DNA of 52,815 nt, counting the filler, from Sphacelaria rigidula (Eukaryota): NCBI GenBank assembly GCA_964200075.2. It is 4 parts of 4 records of this genome, joined end to end, with 100 filler letters (N's around TTAATTAATTAA, not from the genome) between each part and the next. Parts side by side here need not be neighbours in the genome. Positions count along the whole stretch, not along the records: positions 26,459 to 39,587 come from CAXNAA020003134.1; positions 39,688 to 52,815 come from CAXNAA020003135.1; 2 more parts are not named here. The stretch is one strand, 5' to 3'. The translations under genes and the position numbers were made by a program. Positions 38,266 to 49,450 of this stretch are shown in pieces. How positions within the stretch are numbered: position 1 is the first letter of the stretch; the number at the start of each line of letters is the position of its first letter. The notes under the pieces are model-generated. The model did no database searches. It was given only the letters and a program-made list of their open reading frames with translations, and was not told where the DNA came from.

Positions 38266-38394
38266 GTGACCGCCGAAGGATGCAAGAACCTCTTGTTGGC
38301 CGGAGTAAGCGCGACCTTGCGAGATGAAGGGGTGGTCACGGCAATGGACATCGGCGCAAATTTCTTGTTGGAAGCGGATGACGTAGGAAAGAAC
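38266..38394 (+). CDS. SAE1: SUMO-activating enzyme subunit 1, exon (gene continues beyond contig end)
   Basis: aag acceptor, GTACGT donor, phase 0: VTAEGCKNLLLAGVSATLRDEGVVTAMDIGANFLLEADDVGKN, with the E1-family E..KNL.LAGV motif. Confidence 0.9.
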
Positions 38395-39587
38395 GTACGT
38401 GACAATTATGAATATGATACTGTCATTTTTTCTACATTTTTTTTTTCTTTTTATGTTGTCAGTTTTGATTGCACTATTCTTCTCTCTGGGTGATTCGTTT
38501 TTATCAAGTGTTTTCCCCGTCATATGGAGATTTTTCTGTGTCAGTATACGAATGCGTGTGTGTGTGTTTTTTTTTTTTTCGTCTTCATAGTATAACCTGT
38601 TTATCATTGGCGACCGACGTCGGCGCGAACGTGTTGTTGGAACAGGACATCGTGAGAAAGAAGGCACGTGATATGATGTCTGTGTATTCATTTCGTAATT
38701 TTGGTTTAGATTTTTTTCCCTTTTTCCCGCTTCCTCTTTCTCTTTTTTTTCAACGCCTTCCGTACGATGATTCGTCAGTTTTTTTTTTTTTCCTTTTTTC
38801 TGCTGGTTTTTTTTTTTTTCCCTTTTCCGCGCGTGTTCTTTTTTTTTTTTTTCATCGCCTTCCGTTCGATGATTCGTCTGTTTTTTTTTTTTCCCTTATT
38901 TCTGCTGGTATTCTGTTTTTTTTATTTATACCCGTCCTCCTCCCTTTCCGCATTTCCCCCTCGATCGCGAAAGTAATTCGTTTTATGCCACTGTCGTATG
39001 CCAATACACCGCTTTTGTGTATTGAGTGTTGTTTGATTTCCTCTGCACTGAAGATCCGAAAACTTTCGTTCTGGAAAAGTCCAACAATTGGAGCGAGTGA
39101 TTCATGTATGCTTCCTTGCTGTGTACTGTACATGGACCGCCGGTCGAACACCTCCTCAATCAGACTGGCGACGCTCACGATGTCGTTTGGCTCGTGAGTG
39201 GCCTGCACAACATATAGCAAGGGATTTTTCCAATGGAGAATTGATTTGTTGTTTTCGAGGATGGACCGTGTTTAAGCGGTGGGACACGCGGGAGGCAATG
39301 TGGAACCCGTGGCTGTTTCTGGAACGATACCAGAAGATGAAGCAACATTGGAGGCTGTCATCCATGTGCAAGATGGTCAGTACGCTCCGGGCCGAACAAT
39401 CTTAGCCAGATGCAGCTCACCCTTCATGCGACTCGCCGAACACATTACGACGCTTCGCGCTTGGTGATCGATTGCGAGCCTGGTCCGGCGAAAACCCGGC
39501 GTGCGCCGTCCCGGCTTCGTGGGGATGCGAGGTCAATGGTCATGACACTACGGCATGCAAGAACATGAGCACCGAAGCCCTCACGAC

Positions 39588-39687
39588 NNNNNNNNNNNNN
39601 NNNNNNNNNNNNNNNNNNNNNNNNNNNNNNNTTAATTAATTAANNNNNNNNNNNNNNNNNNNNNNNNNNNNNNNNNNNNNNNNNNNN
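39588..39687. other. Artificial contig linker
   Basis: 100-nt N run with central TTAATTAATTAA. Confidence 0.97.
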
Positions 39688-39932
39688 AATCACTAAGCGC
39701 GAAGCGCCCTGGTGTGTTCGGCGAGTCGCAGGGAGGGTGAGCTGCATCCTGCTGAGATTGTTCGGCCCGAAGCCTCCTGAAAATCTTGCATTCAGATGAC
39801 AGCCTAAAATGAGTTGCTCCGTTTTCTGGTATCACCACTTCCAGAGACAGCCACAGCTTATACACTGGCTCATGCTTGTCTCACCATGGGAGGGGGGGGA
39901 CTATCGCGGCGTGACTTTACAGTGTCTCTGAC

Positions 39933-40131
39933 CTCGGTGCACACAACTTGAGGTTCCATGTCCCTAGCCTCCTCTCGCCCTATGATCCTCACGTCCCCGA
40001 CTCCACACGACAAGGCTCTCTCGTGCACCTCTCTCAGCGCGGGTAGTTGCAGGCTGGACGAAGCCACCACTAACTTCCCGCATTTTCGATACGCGACCCC
40101 TCGCTCCTGGCAATATCGATACAGAGCTTCC
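39933..40131 (-). CDS. L2HGDH: L-2-hydroxyglutarate dehydrogenase/oxidase, exon 3 (gene continues beyond contig end)
   Basis: cag acceptor (AG+G=R): EALYRYCQERGVAYRKCGKLVVASSSLQLPALREVHERALSCGVGDVRIIGREEARDMEPQVVCTE, then GTCAGA donor. Confidence 0.92.
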
Positions 40132-40295
40132 CTGCAGATGCCGTGCGGGGTTACCGAAGCAGGGACGACACAGCGACCGTAAGGGCAGAAGCGGGGAAGA
40201 AGCTCGGGAGGCTGGATTGCCAAACGAAGCAGAGCATGGATGGGTTCTTGTTTGTTTGAGCGATGGCGCGCGTTGGTAGACCGTAGCCGCTCCGA

Positions 40296-40348
40296 TACAC
40301 ATACATACATACATACATACATACATACATACATACATACATACATAC
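40296..40348. repeat. (ACAT)n microsatellite
   Basis: Seen directly, in L2HGDH intron 2. Confidence 0.95.
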
Positions 40349-40679
40349 AGAGGCACTGCTCTTGTGCAGTAGTGGTCACCTGCCCCCTCTCGGGTAGCCA
40401 AGATTATGACGTATGGTACACCGGACAAGAGCATGACACGGGACAAATTTGTATCCCGCCCGACCGCGATCGCGGTCAACGTATTCCAACAACGATGATG
40501 AAGAAAAAAATACTGTTCTGACAAGGGTCCTCGCTGTCGAAGGGTTCTATGCCCGCCTGCAGGGTACGTATGCACCAGATGTTCCGGAGAACAGGCCAGA
40601 TGAAAATTTGAAGCATGTTTGAACACGACAAAACAAACACAAAAGTAAAAATAAAACATCGGTACACCGCGCAGCTCAC

Positions 40680-40804
40680 CTTCCCTGCACGCAGAGACGC
40701 GCCTTGAGTGATCCCGGCGGGTAGTACAGTCCGGCGTGGACCACCTCCGAGTTCCTTGAGGTGTTGCCCTGCCCAATCGAACCTTCTCGTTCACACACAA
40801 GCAC
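40680..40804 (-). CDS. L2HGDH: L-2-hydroxyglutarate dehydrogenase, exon 2
   Basis: [41 protein letters not shown] contains the LhgO/L2HGDH signature SRNSEV.HAG.YY...SLKA.LC. Boundaries are cag and GTGAGC. Confidence 0.93.
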
Positions 40805-42063
40805 CTGCGGCAACAGCAAATCACAGAGCTGTGAACTGGTTCGGCAACCGATTCACTGGTTGCCAAGAATTGCAACCAGTTTCAGCCATCAATGAAAATT
40901 GGATGACAGGTTTGCCTTGCCAGGCAACGGGGCGGAGTCGCGTAAACGCCCCCCCCTCCCCCCCCCCGGCTGGTGAGGGGGCCACGCGCCGCCGGAGAGA
41001 AGAAAAATTTCGCCAGTTGGCTTCATATCTCTTCAAAATCGCGGTGAATTATAGCCGCCTAGCGCCAGCAGTTCGAGCACGTAAGCGGCGCATGAAATAT
41101 ATACTTCGTACGTGTTTGTATAGGGGAAGAGGGAACATCACTCAACTTTGCGACGTGAATTAAAAAGACGAAGCGGTGAGAGAGTAGTGCAGAGTACATA
41201 GCGTTCCGCGTGTGCCACCCAAGCGCCAGGAAGTACTGCTAGCACGCACGACAACTTGGTAACAATACTGAGTGCGACTTCATCACCCAGTTAAATTCAA
41301 CAGAAATCTCGACTATTCCTCATGCGTCGGTATCACATTGACCAGCCACCACTTAACGCTTGACGCTTGATGCCGACAGAACAAAGCAAAGCACACACAG
41401 CAACGCTACGAAACACAATCTTGCTCCACATCTCAGATCCGCTCAAGAACTATCCGTGCCCAATCTCTAATCCACTTTGATTCCAGCCATGTCACCAGTA
41501 TCATGCAGTATATCCGTGCCAATTGCTCACGATACTCTCACCCTTCACATGCACCAAAAAAACAGATGAAACTACATAACCTATTGCAAACGAACGAGGT
41601 GAGTGCAGTCGCCAGGGTCTATCTGTTGCGGCTTCCCTTGCGGTGTGCTTGTAACCCTCGCCCCACCCAGTACGAAACGGCATTACTAACGTTGGCCGTT
41701 GCATCGGTCTTCTTCACGGCATCAGTGACGGGCCACACGGTGCACAATAACAAGAGCCTCGACATTCTCCGCCCCCAACCTATGGCGGGTCTGTATGACA
41801 AAACAAGTTCTGCCAGGGAGAATAGACGCTGTGACTCCGCTGAGGTTGCCGCAATAGCAAGCGCCCGGCGAGCGAGCTAGACCACCAGCGGAAAAGCACG
41901 CTTACTCTTCCTCCACCAGGGAAGAGTATCACTCAAGATCGTCGTCACAACCGCTTTCTTGTTTTCCTCCCCCGTGATGGCGATCCCCTCCATCATCCTG
42001 AATGCGCTCACCTGTTGGCGACGGCGTAATATGGAAACGAGTGATTATATGAGCCTTTAAATC

Positions 42064-42440
42064 GCCCTGGTGGCTCAGCTGGTAATAACCTCGAAACCTT
42101 CAGACGGTTGAGTCGTGGGTTCGAATCTCGGTGCAGTCACACGATCTGGAATTTCTTTTTACACAATGACCAACTGTGGAGAGCGACTATGTCGTGGGTT
42201 AACAGAATTCGACTTCACGGTCGACGAGGGAAAAAGATCGCTGAACCCCTCTCGCGATAAAAAATAAAAGGCAAGCACCGCAGAAGGAAGGGGGAGGACT
42301 ATTATGAGAACAAAACACGAGAGAAAAAAAAATCCTGTGTCGTCCTTGCTCCTGTGTGACCCCGGCTGGTGCGTCGACATATACCGAAAGGTGTGAACTG
42401 GCGTCCAGAATAGATGGGATGACAACACACAACATACACG
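42064..42440 (+). mobile_element. tRNA-derived SINE, full length
   Basis: gccctggTGGCTCAGCTGGtaa...gtgGGTTCGAATCTcgg (A and B boxes), shared body, CA-rich tail. Confidence 0.82.
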
Positions 42441-42786
42441 ATGTACTGAGAATATGTAAAGGATCGCCAGCAAGGCTGCTTAAACCGTCCTAAAAGTAAA
42501 CAAGTAGAAAGAAGCAGCAGATGCGTGTCGAGTAGCGCAATAGCGCAAGAATATTCCACGACTGGTTACCACGCGGCTGCTGGAAAAAGCCGTTTGCATC
42601 CGTGCTCGATATACTCGTTTGCCAAAAAAAACAAACTCTGAAGAGGACTTGCCACCGAATCGGCAACAAAATAAATTGGAAATGTCTCCAAGAGTAACGG
42701 CTAATTCATTGCCTGTGCGCTTTCGCATAGCACGATTTTTCCAACATGAAACAGCCGATCACGGAAATTGAGGATGGAGCTTGTCA

Positions 42787-43178
42787 TTGAGGATGAGAAC
42801 CCGGAGAATTCAAATCTTCGTATCCATACCAAATCTTCGAAATATGGTTATATTCCTTCACCTGCTGGTAGCTTTTGACCACCACTATACGCCATACGAA
42901 TTTGGACCCTGATAACCGATACTTTGGGGCCCTAGGTGAAAAAATGTTTTGGGGGAATTGAGGTGATCCGATCGGATCGCTGCAATTCCCCCAAAACTGT
43001 TTCTTCACTTAGGACCCCATCATTTCGGCTATCGAATTCCAAATTTGAATGGCGTGTAGTAATCGTCAAATGAAATTTTTCAAATTTGTATGGCGTACCA
43101 GTAAGTGAAGGAATGAAACCAAATTTCGAAGATTTGGTGTAGTGGGAAGATCTCAATTCTCCGGGTTCTCATCCTCAA
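42787..43178. mobile_element. MITE with perfect 24-bp TIR
   Basis: ttgaggatgagaacccggagaatt and aattctccgggttctcatcctcaa. Confidence 0.78.
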
Positions 43179-43383
43179 CAAAAAGCCCCATCCTTGATTT
43201 CGATGATCGACTGTTGTGTACAGATGGACGGGCTTATGGTCGTGCACTTGAAAAAACGGCAAACTGGCATTTGTATGACTGACCTCCGGTTTCGCATAGA
43301 AGCGCAAGCACTCGGTGTTCTCCTCCTTGGTGGTCTCCATTGGCCCACTCGTGCTCCCCAGCAGTTCACTGCGCGCGCCCGCA

Positions 43384-44146
43384 CTCATCAGCTTCCCCGC
43401 TGAGAAAGAGCCCCCCGAGCCCTTTTCGAATAACCCCGCAGTCTCGCGTTGTTTCGAGTTGGAGGGAAATGATCCACCCGCGCCAGCCACCGCGGCCGCT
43501 GCGGCCACGGCCGCCTAACCGGCCGTGGCATTCCCAGTGCTCTGCACACACCTGTGCTAGCGTCGTCTCCGATAGACTCTTGTACCTCGATCTCCTTCGC
43601 CTTCATCTCGTCTACCTGTGTCTCCGTGACATCATCAATAACCATGTTGCACACCTTCTCGGGCTCGACCTCAGGAGTCTCGTAAAGCGTCTGATACACT
43701 CTGGGATCGCGCGCGGTAGCGAGTCCCTGCATCTCGATGAATCCCTCAGGTTGCCTGCGCTTGCCCTCACGACATACGGTAACGTTTGTTCCGTCCCAAC
43801 AAATATTACCGTCTGTCGTAAGGGCAAGCGCAGACAACCTTAGAGACTACATTGAGATGCAGGTGCTAGCTATCGCGCGCGATCCCGGAGCGCATCAGAC
43901 GCTTAACACGGGACTCCTGAGGCCGAGCCCCAGAAGACGTGCAACATGGTTATTGATGCAGTCACAGAGACAAAAAGGGAAACGAAATGAAGGCGAAGGA
44001 GATGGAGGCGACAGAGATGGACGTAAAGGAGGTGAAGGTACACGAGTCCACAGGAGACGGCGCTAGCGAAGGTGTGCAGGGTACTGCGGATGATGCCACG
44101 GCCGGAGAGGCGGCGGCCGCGGCTCCAACGACCGCCGCGGCTGGTG

Positions 44147-44183
<37 letters not shown>

Positions 44184-44272
44184 CGTTTCCCTCCAACTCA
44201 AAACGACGCAGGACTGCGGGGTTATTCGGAAGTGGCTCGGGGGACTTTTTCTCAGCGGGGAAGCAGACGTCC
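43384..44272. repeat. 0.9-kb imperfect palindrome (inverted duplication of coding-like sequence)
   Basis: Centre near 43793. The minus arm encodes TVCREGKRRQP..IEMQGLATARDP..MKAKEIEVQES..SFPSNSKQRETAGLF; the plus arm encodes TVCRKGKRRQP..IEMQVLAIARDP..MKAKEME..SFPSNSKRRRTAGLF. Confidence 0.88.
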
Positions 44273-45472
44273 GTCATTGTCGCCTGTATCTTTCACGCGG
44301 CATTGCCCGTGTAGATGTCATGCGCCTCGCTGTGTGTACCCGACCTTGCCTCAAAGGAGATGCTGCAGCAGGTTCGAAGTCGCCTTGTGTTGTTCCTGCC
44401 GTAGTTGACTTCTTCTGCGGAAGACCAGCACCCCGCCGCCTTGAAAAGCACGCACACCGCGACATGCGGCAGGCAGCCTGCCCAGGGTGTACTTCTTCAC
44501 GTACCCTTGCCTCCACAAAATGTGTGTTACCTCTGGAGGGTTTCGACACCTGCCGTGTTGTCAGGCGGTGCTCGCGTTCTGTCTCGAGTACTCTTCTCTG
44601 CCGACGTTGTGTCTCTGAGATCGACGGGGACATCACCACTGCCTTATGTTGTGGGCTCTTCCATCTCTGATATGTCGTCATCGCTTCCTTCATCGCAGCA
44701 GCAGCTGCTGCTGCTTCTTCTCACAGTAGAATATATTGTCTGCGATATCAGTGTCTACGTCTAGGCGTATGCGCTGTGCGGTCATGCACTCGCCGCTGTA
44801 ACCTGTAACATCCCCACCGCCATTGTAGTACGACAATACTCTAAAACTGTTGATGTTCAGCGTGACGCAGGTACACAGAACGCTTTGAAGCACAACACAT
44901 ATGTCGGATGAAGTAACTGGTTCAACAGGATACCAAGCCGATCAGGGCGTGTCTTAGCACTTATTTTTTCGATCGAAAAAGTGCTGTCGATTTTTTTTCT
45001 ACCGATCTGGTAGGTCTACCGCATCTATATTCCTTGAAAGCTTCAACTCAAAATGCTAATTAGCGGCGCGCGGACAAAAACCTATTTGAGACAAAAGTTT
45101 AATCCTGTTCGATCGAAAACATCCAGTCGAAAGGCACGAAGCGGCACTTGACTCCTATCTTGTAGACCACCGCGCCAGATAACACCTGTTCACAGGACCA
45201 TGCAAACTCCATCCAATTCATCCTCAGCTACCACCGCAACCCTGCAGCATAGAGCACGAGTTGGGCCCAGGGATAGATACACTGTGCAGTAGTTTAGTTT
45301 TGAATCGCTCCCATTAGAGTTGACCAAAAACCAGAAAAATATATACGGATTCTTATTTATCCGGCCCTTGAGGAGTTTACCATGCCCGCTGGCAACTTCG
45401 GCCAACAGGCGCAGCTTAAGCCGCATTTTGCGGCCTGGTGCAGCAACTGCTTGCGGCCATCTACGAGCATGA

Positions 45473-45664
45473 GGCCGTGTCTCATCAAATTGTTTTCGAC
45501 TCGAAAACGTACGGTGGAATCGAATATGCTCGTGTACCTGATACGTCCACGGCATCCATATTCTCAACCATCTGAGAAAATTAGTAGCGTGAACGAATCA
45601 GAAACGAGCGAATTCGATTCGACCGCACCTTTTCGACACCAAAACAATTTGATAAGACACGGCC
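45473..45664. mobile_element. PIF/Harbinger-like MITE (192 bp, TGA duplication)
   Basis: TGA|ggccgtgtctcatcaaattgtttt...aaaacaatttgataagacacggcc|TGA. Confidence 0.8.
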
Positions 45665-45764
45665 TGAGTTCCATTTCTCAACCTGTGCGGGATATGTAGT
45701 TACGACGATTGTTTCATCCGCTCGCAGCCAGGAGTCCGTTGCCTCTTATACGGCTCAATCTTGT

Positions 45765-45963
45765 TATTTTTGCGTCATAGTCTACTATGTCGTTCTGTTA
45801 CCGCTTTTTCTGTTTCTTTTTTTCATTCAGCGAGTGTGTCAGCTTCAGTTTTGTTTTGTTGTCTCGGGTACGTCTATCATGTGCCCACGGCCGGATCATG
45901 ACTCCCTGGGGGGGTCAGTTAAAAGTGCGGCAATCAATCAATCGGTCGACCAATCAGAATCAA
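45765..45963 (+). mobile_element. (CAAT)n-tailed retroposon 3' fragment
   Basis: ...cgtctatcatg...ccctggggggggtcagttaaaagtgcggcaatcaatcaatc. Confidence 0.7.
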
Positions 45964-46164
45964 TCTTGTGTGTGATACATTTCTAGCTCTGTTTCTTGGA
46001 CGAGATTTCGAGATTTATTCCCCTTCTTTTGAAATCAAGCTATGTTCCCTTATCTCCATGTTGCATAACCCTTTGACCTTGAGGATGGGTCATCTGTCGA
46101 AGCAGCAGCACTGCCACTCGAAAAAATGAGCGTACACGACAAGACTCGACTAATAGTATACGGC

Positions 46165-46340
46165 CGACGCGGGAAAGGAACCGTTGCACCGCAGGGGGAA
46201 GTACGAGTGCTATCACAAAGCAAAGAAAAAAACTGCTATGTTGACCGTCCTCCTGTGTGAACCCGGCTGATGCGCCCACATACACCGAAAGATGTAGGCT
46301 GGCGTCCGGAATAGAGGGGAAGACAACGCGCACACACAGG
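46165..46340 (+). mobile_element. 5'-truncated tRNA-SINE copy
   Basis: gcaccgcagggggaag...tcctgtgtgaacccggctgatgcgcccacatacaccgaaagatgtaggctggcgtccggaatag matches the SINE 3' half. Confidence 0.7.
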
Positions 46341-47090
46341 TAGACCCAAATGATCTACCGTGGAGGTCGGAGGATGGACAGGGGATTATCTCTGGACTGC
46401 CATCACCATCATCACCATCATCATTGATCATTGCCACCGACATCTACAAAACGAGTAATAACAACCACAACATCGCCCAACACCAGATATGCTTGGAACA
46501 AGCACACAGCTGCACAGTACAGGGTCACGGTCAAAGAAACCACGGCACCTGTATTACTGTGAGGCAGTGCCGCCTACAGCATTCTGCCACTGACAAACCA
46601 CACCCAACCTCGATTTTCTCGAAAAGCTACGCAGCTAATGCAATCGAAAGTTGTGTCTTAGAGCACTCTCATGAGGATCTTTGATTGACATGGCTTTGAT
46701 GGAGTGTGATGTTTCGCCTCTCCGTGAAATCGACATCCAGGACAGTGTCCTGTCAAGGTCCTGTGCACGCCCCCGTCGAGAGGGGTGTTATCCCCCTCAC
46801 GAACGGTGTAACGGTTTGACTTTGAAACAGGAAATGACGGAAAGACAGAAGCACCGTCCCATGTGATATCCCAGCCTCTTGCTGACATACAGCGACACTA
46901 TGCAATATCGCACCCTGCTCTTCTGCATTCCAAGTATGGTGTAGTGCAACCTCTCTCATCACTAGTTACCATCCGGTTGCACCGGGCTGTACTTGACGTA
47001 CTCACTGAACTGTCTGCACAGACAGTTGTTTGCATCGTGACACAGAGGCAGACTGACTCTATTCTGCCATACCATTTTTCGTGTCCATAC

Positions 47091-47189
47091 CTCTCGTCCT
47101 CTCAGCGCCAAGACTCGAGCAACAGCAAGGCCAACCACACCAGCACCCACCACAACGCAGTCCACCGTCTCCACCAGATTCCTGGCCAT
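47091..47189 (-). CDS. L2HGDH: L-2-hydroxyglutarate dehydrogenase, exon 1
   Basis: MARNLVETVDCVVVGAGVVGLAVARVLALRGRE has the FAD-binding GxGxxG motif. GTATGG donor, phase 0 to 40804. Alternative in-frame ATG at 47255. Confidence 0.9.
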
Positions 47190-47762
47190 CACAGCCCACA
47201 CGAGTGTCGTCCGCAACACCTCCGCGAAGGCATCGCCACTACAATCATTATCCATTAGAAATCGCCACGCGGGTAATATGACGTACTCCAGTGGCACGGG
47301 CAACGGCTGAGGAAACTATGTGTCGGTTAGTAGAGCCTAGGGTGCGTTGTTTTCTCAAGATCCTTAGTGCGCACTAGCTGGAGGGGAAATACTTGTCATG
47401 CTTTGTAGTCGTCGTCTGTCTCTTTAAGGTCGTGCTGTTCGAGAATCAAGGCACAAACTGTACGGTTCAATAGCTGCTCCGACGACAGCAGCAGCAGCAG
47501 CAGCAGCAGCAGGTCTACCTTTGCCAAGCCAAATACAGACTGCCTGGCAACAAGTTCTGCACGAAGGAAATCGCACCAGTGCTGTTGCCTTTAGCATTGC
47601 CCAGGGTAAGAGCAGGATTGCAAGGAAAGTTTGAAGCTTTGTGTACACGTTTTCTCACGCGCCGACAACGGGAATCAGCGCTACCGAACACGAGGCCAAC
47701 GGCAGGCTGCGACAGCGGCTATAGAGGGAAGAAGTGGCGTTTGCTGCATATCGGAACAGTAG

Positions 47763-48307
47763 AGCCCAGGTGCCAGCCAACCGCGCGAGACGCGGGGCGC
47801 TGCGCCCCCCGTCTCTGCGCGGTCGACGCCTACCACTACGACGAGTTCGCACCGAACGCCTCGCTCTGCCGCCTCAAGAGGAGGCACTGTTTCATCACCA
47901 CACTACACACCGTCTAAGAGGAAGCGCGTAGCTACGCCTCCTGGCCAAGCAGGCGGCGGGGGAGGCGGCGGCGGCGGTGGCCGTCAGCGCAGCCGCGGCG
48001 TTGGGGTCGTTTCCGGATCCTCTGCTCTGCCACCGCTAGACGGCAGCAGTGGTGGGAGCAGCAGCAGTGGCGGGGCTGCTGCTACTGCCGCTACTGCGGA
48101 GTCTACAGTGGCTGTTCCCCCGCCTGCGCGCATGCGCTCGGGGGAGGCGATAGAGTCCACGACGCCTCGCGGGACCACGACGGCGGCGACGACGCCGAGT
48201 GCTAGTCCAAGGTCTAGCCGACGTGTCGCCTCGACGGTGGGTAATGGAAGTGTTGCAGCGGCGAGGGGTAGTGCAGCGGCGGCGATGGTGGCCGGTGGCG
48301 TAGGCAG
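47763..48307 (+). CDS. Ser/Gly/Ala/Thr-rich low-complexity protein, first visible exon (start uncertain)
   Basis: Stop-free GC-rich frame SPGASQPRETRG...TPSKRKRVATPPGQAGGG...VAGGVG ends ag|GTGAGA. The first in-frame ATG is at 48132. Confidence 0.55.
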
Positions 48308-48607
48308 GTGAGATGCTATCGATTTTCGAACATATGCTATGTGCGTGGGATTATTTGAATGTTGCCCCCGGTGTTGTAGGTTACCGCTTGTTGCACGTGT
48401 ATTCCGAAAGAACGGCAACTGCGGATTTGTTGAATTTGCCCGGCTGGCTCTTGTTGAAGTATCTCTCTCTATCTCTCTCTCTCTTGGAAGACTGCTTGTT
48501 CGCGACGTATGTGTACCCCCCGAACGGTTCACAGACACCGCATTCGCCTACCACACGAGTTTTGAAAAACTTCAATCACGTCTCTCCTTCAGATAACCAT
48601 CCCACCT

Positions 48608-48645
<38 letters not shown>

Positions 48646-48654
48646 ACGTAGCAG

Positions 48655-49124
48655 GGGTTTACGAGGATCATCGAGAGAGACAGCATCTTCCTCTTCAACA
48701 GCGAGCACCAGCGATCCTTCTGCATCCCCGAGAAGCGGACACTCGGCGGCAACAACCACACCAACCACAGTCGGTAGCAGCGTCAGCGGCCGCACTTTTT
48801 CGTCCGCCGCAACACCAGCAGGAGGCAACGGCAAGGGCAAGGGTAGGGCTAAGGCTTCGCCCAGCAGTGGCGCGACCAGCGGAGCATCGAGCGGCGGGGC
48901 TAACTTAACGCCCAAGCATCCCACGAGCGCGCGAAACGGGGGAAAGGAGGCGGGGACGGGGCGAAGGTCGGATGGTCGACGTAGTGTTGAGGGGAACGGG
49001 GGAAGTGATGGCGGTGGGGCGGCGGGAGGCGGTGGGGGTGGGGGACACGGGGCGGCAAGTAGTCAGGATGCTGCACCGCCAGAGGGAGAGGCACCCGCGG
49101 ACGATGGTAGAGCTGCCGCTGTAG
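48655..49124 (+). CDS. Same low-complexity protein, next exon
   Basis: cag acceptor after a (GT)n tract, in frame (AG+G=R): GLRGSSRETASSSST...DDGRAAAV, then GTGAGA donor at 49125. Confidence 0.65.
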
Positions 49125-49212
49125 GTGAGAGTGTACTAGTGACGTATTGTTGTTGTGGGAGGTGGTCTTGGTGTGCTTGGGCAGAAATTCTTGGCTGATG
49201 ACACTGGTATTT

Positions 49213-49450
49213 TATTGTCGCACTTTAACCGACCCGCCAGGGGTCCAGCCGTTGTCTCATGATAGACGTACCTAAGAAAAACAGAACTGAAACGCTCGCT
49301 GAAGAAAAGGAGGAACAGAAAAAGGAAAAAAAAAATGGGCGAACAGAACGACATAGTAGACCAAGACGTAACAAAAAAAAAGGAATAATACAAATGTCGA
49401 CAAAAGCAAAGCACAGAAAGAAATGGCCGACCTGAAACAAAAACAAGAAG
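49213..49450 (-). mobile_element. (CAAT)n-tailed retroposon family 3' fragment
   Basis: attgtcgcactttaaccgacccgccaggggtccagccgttgtctcatgatagacgtacc. Confidence 0.75.

Noticed and set aside
38469..39197. 242-aa Phe-rich ORF
   Set aside because: A product of T-rich intronic low-complexity sequence.
39964..40875. 303-aa minus-strand ORF
   Set aside because: Read-through across L2HGDH exons in the wrong frame plus intron and microsatellite sequence.
41906..42011. Cryptic exon in L2HGDH intron 1 (VSAFRMMEG...)
   Set aside because: Its 106 nt would shift the frame, L2HGDH exons 1 and 2 join without it, and the cag|gtgagc site reads equally well as a donor.
42064..42135. tRNA gene, possibly with a TCA anticodon
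   Set aside because: There is no good acceptor stem or T-rich terminator, and it continues into a multi-copy body. It is the SINE head.
11541..47189. Apparent 2-hydroxy-acid metabolism cluster (glycolate oxidase family plus L2HGDH)
   Set aside because: The genes are on different segments separated by artificial linkers, so co-location is not evidence of linkage.
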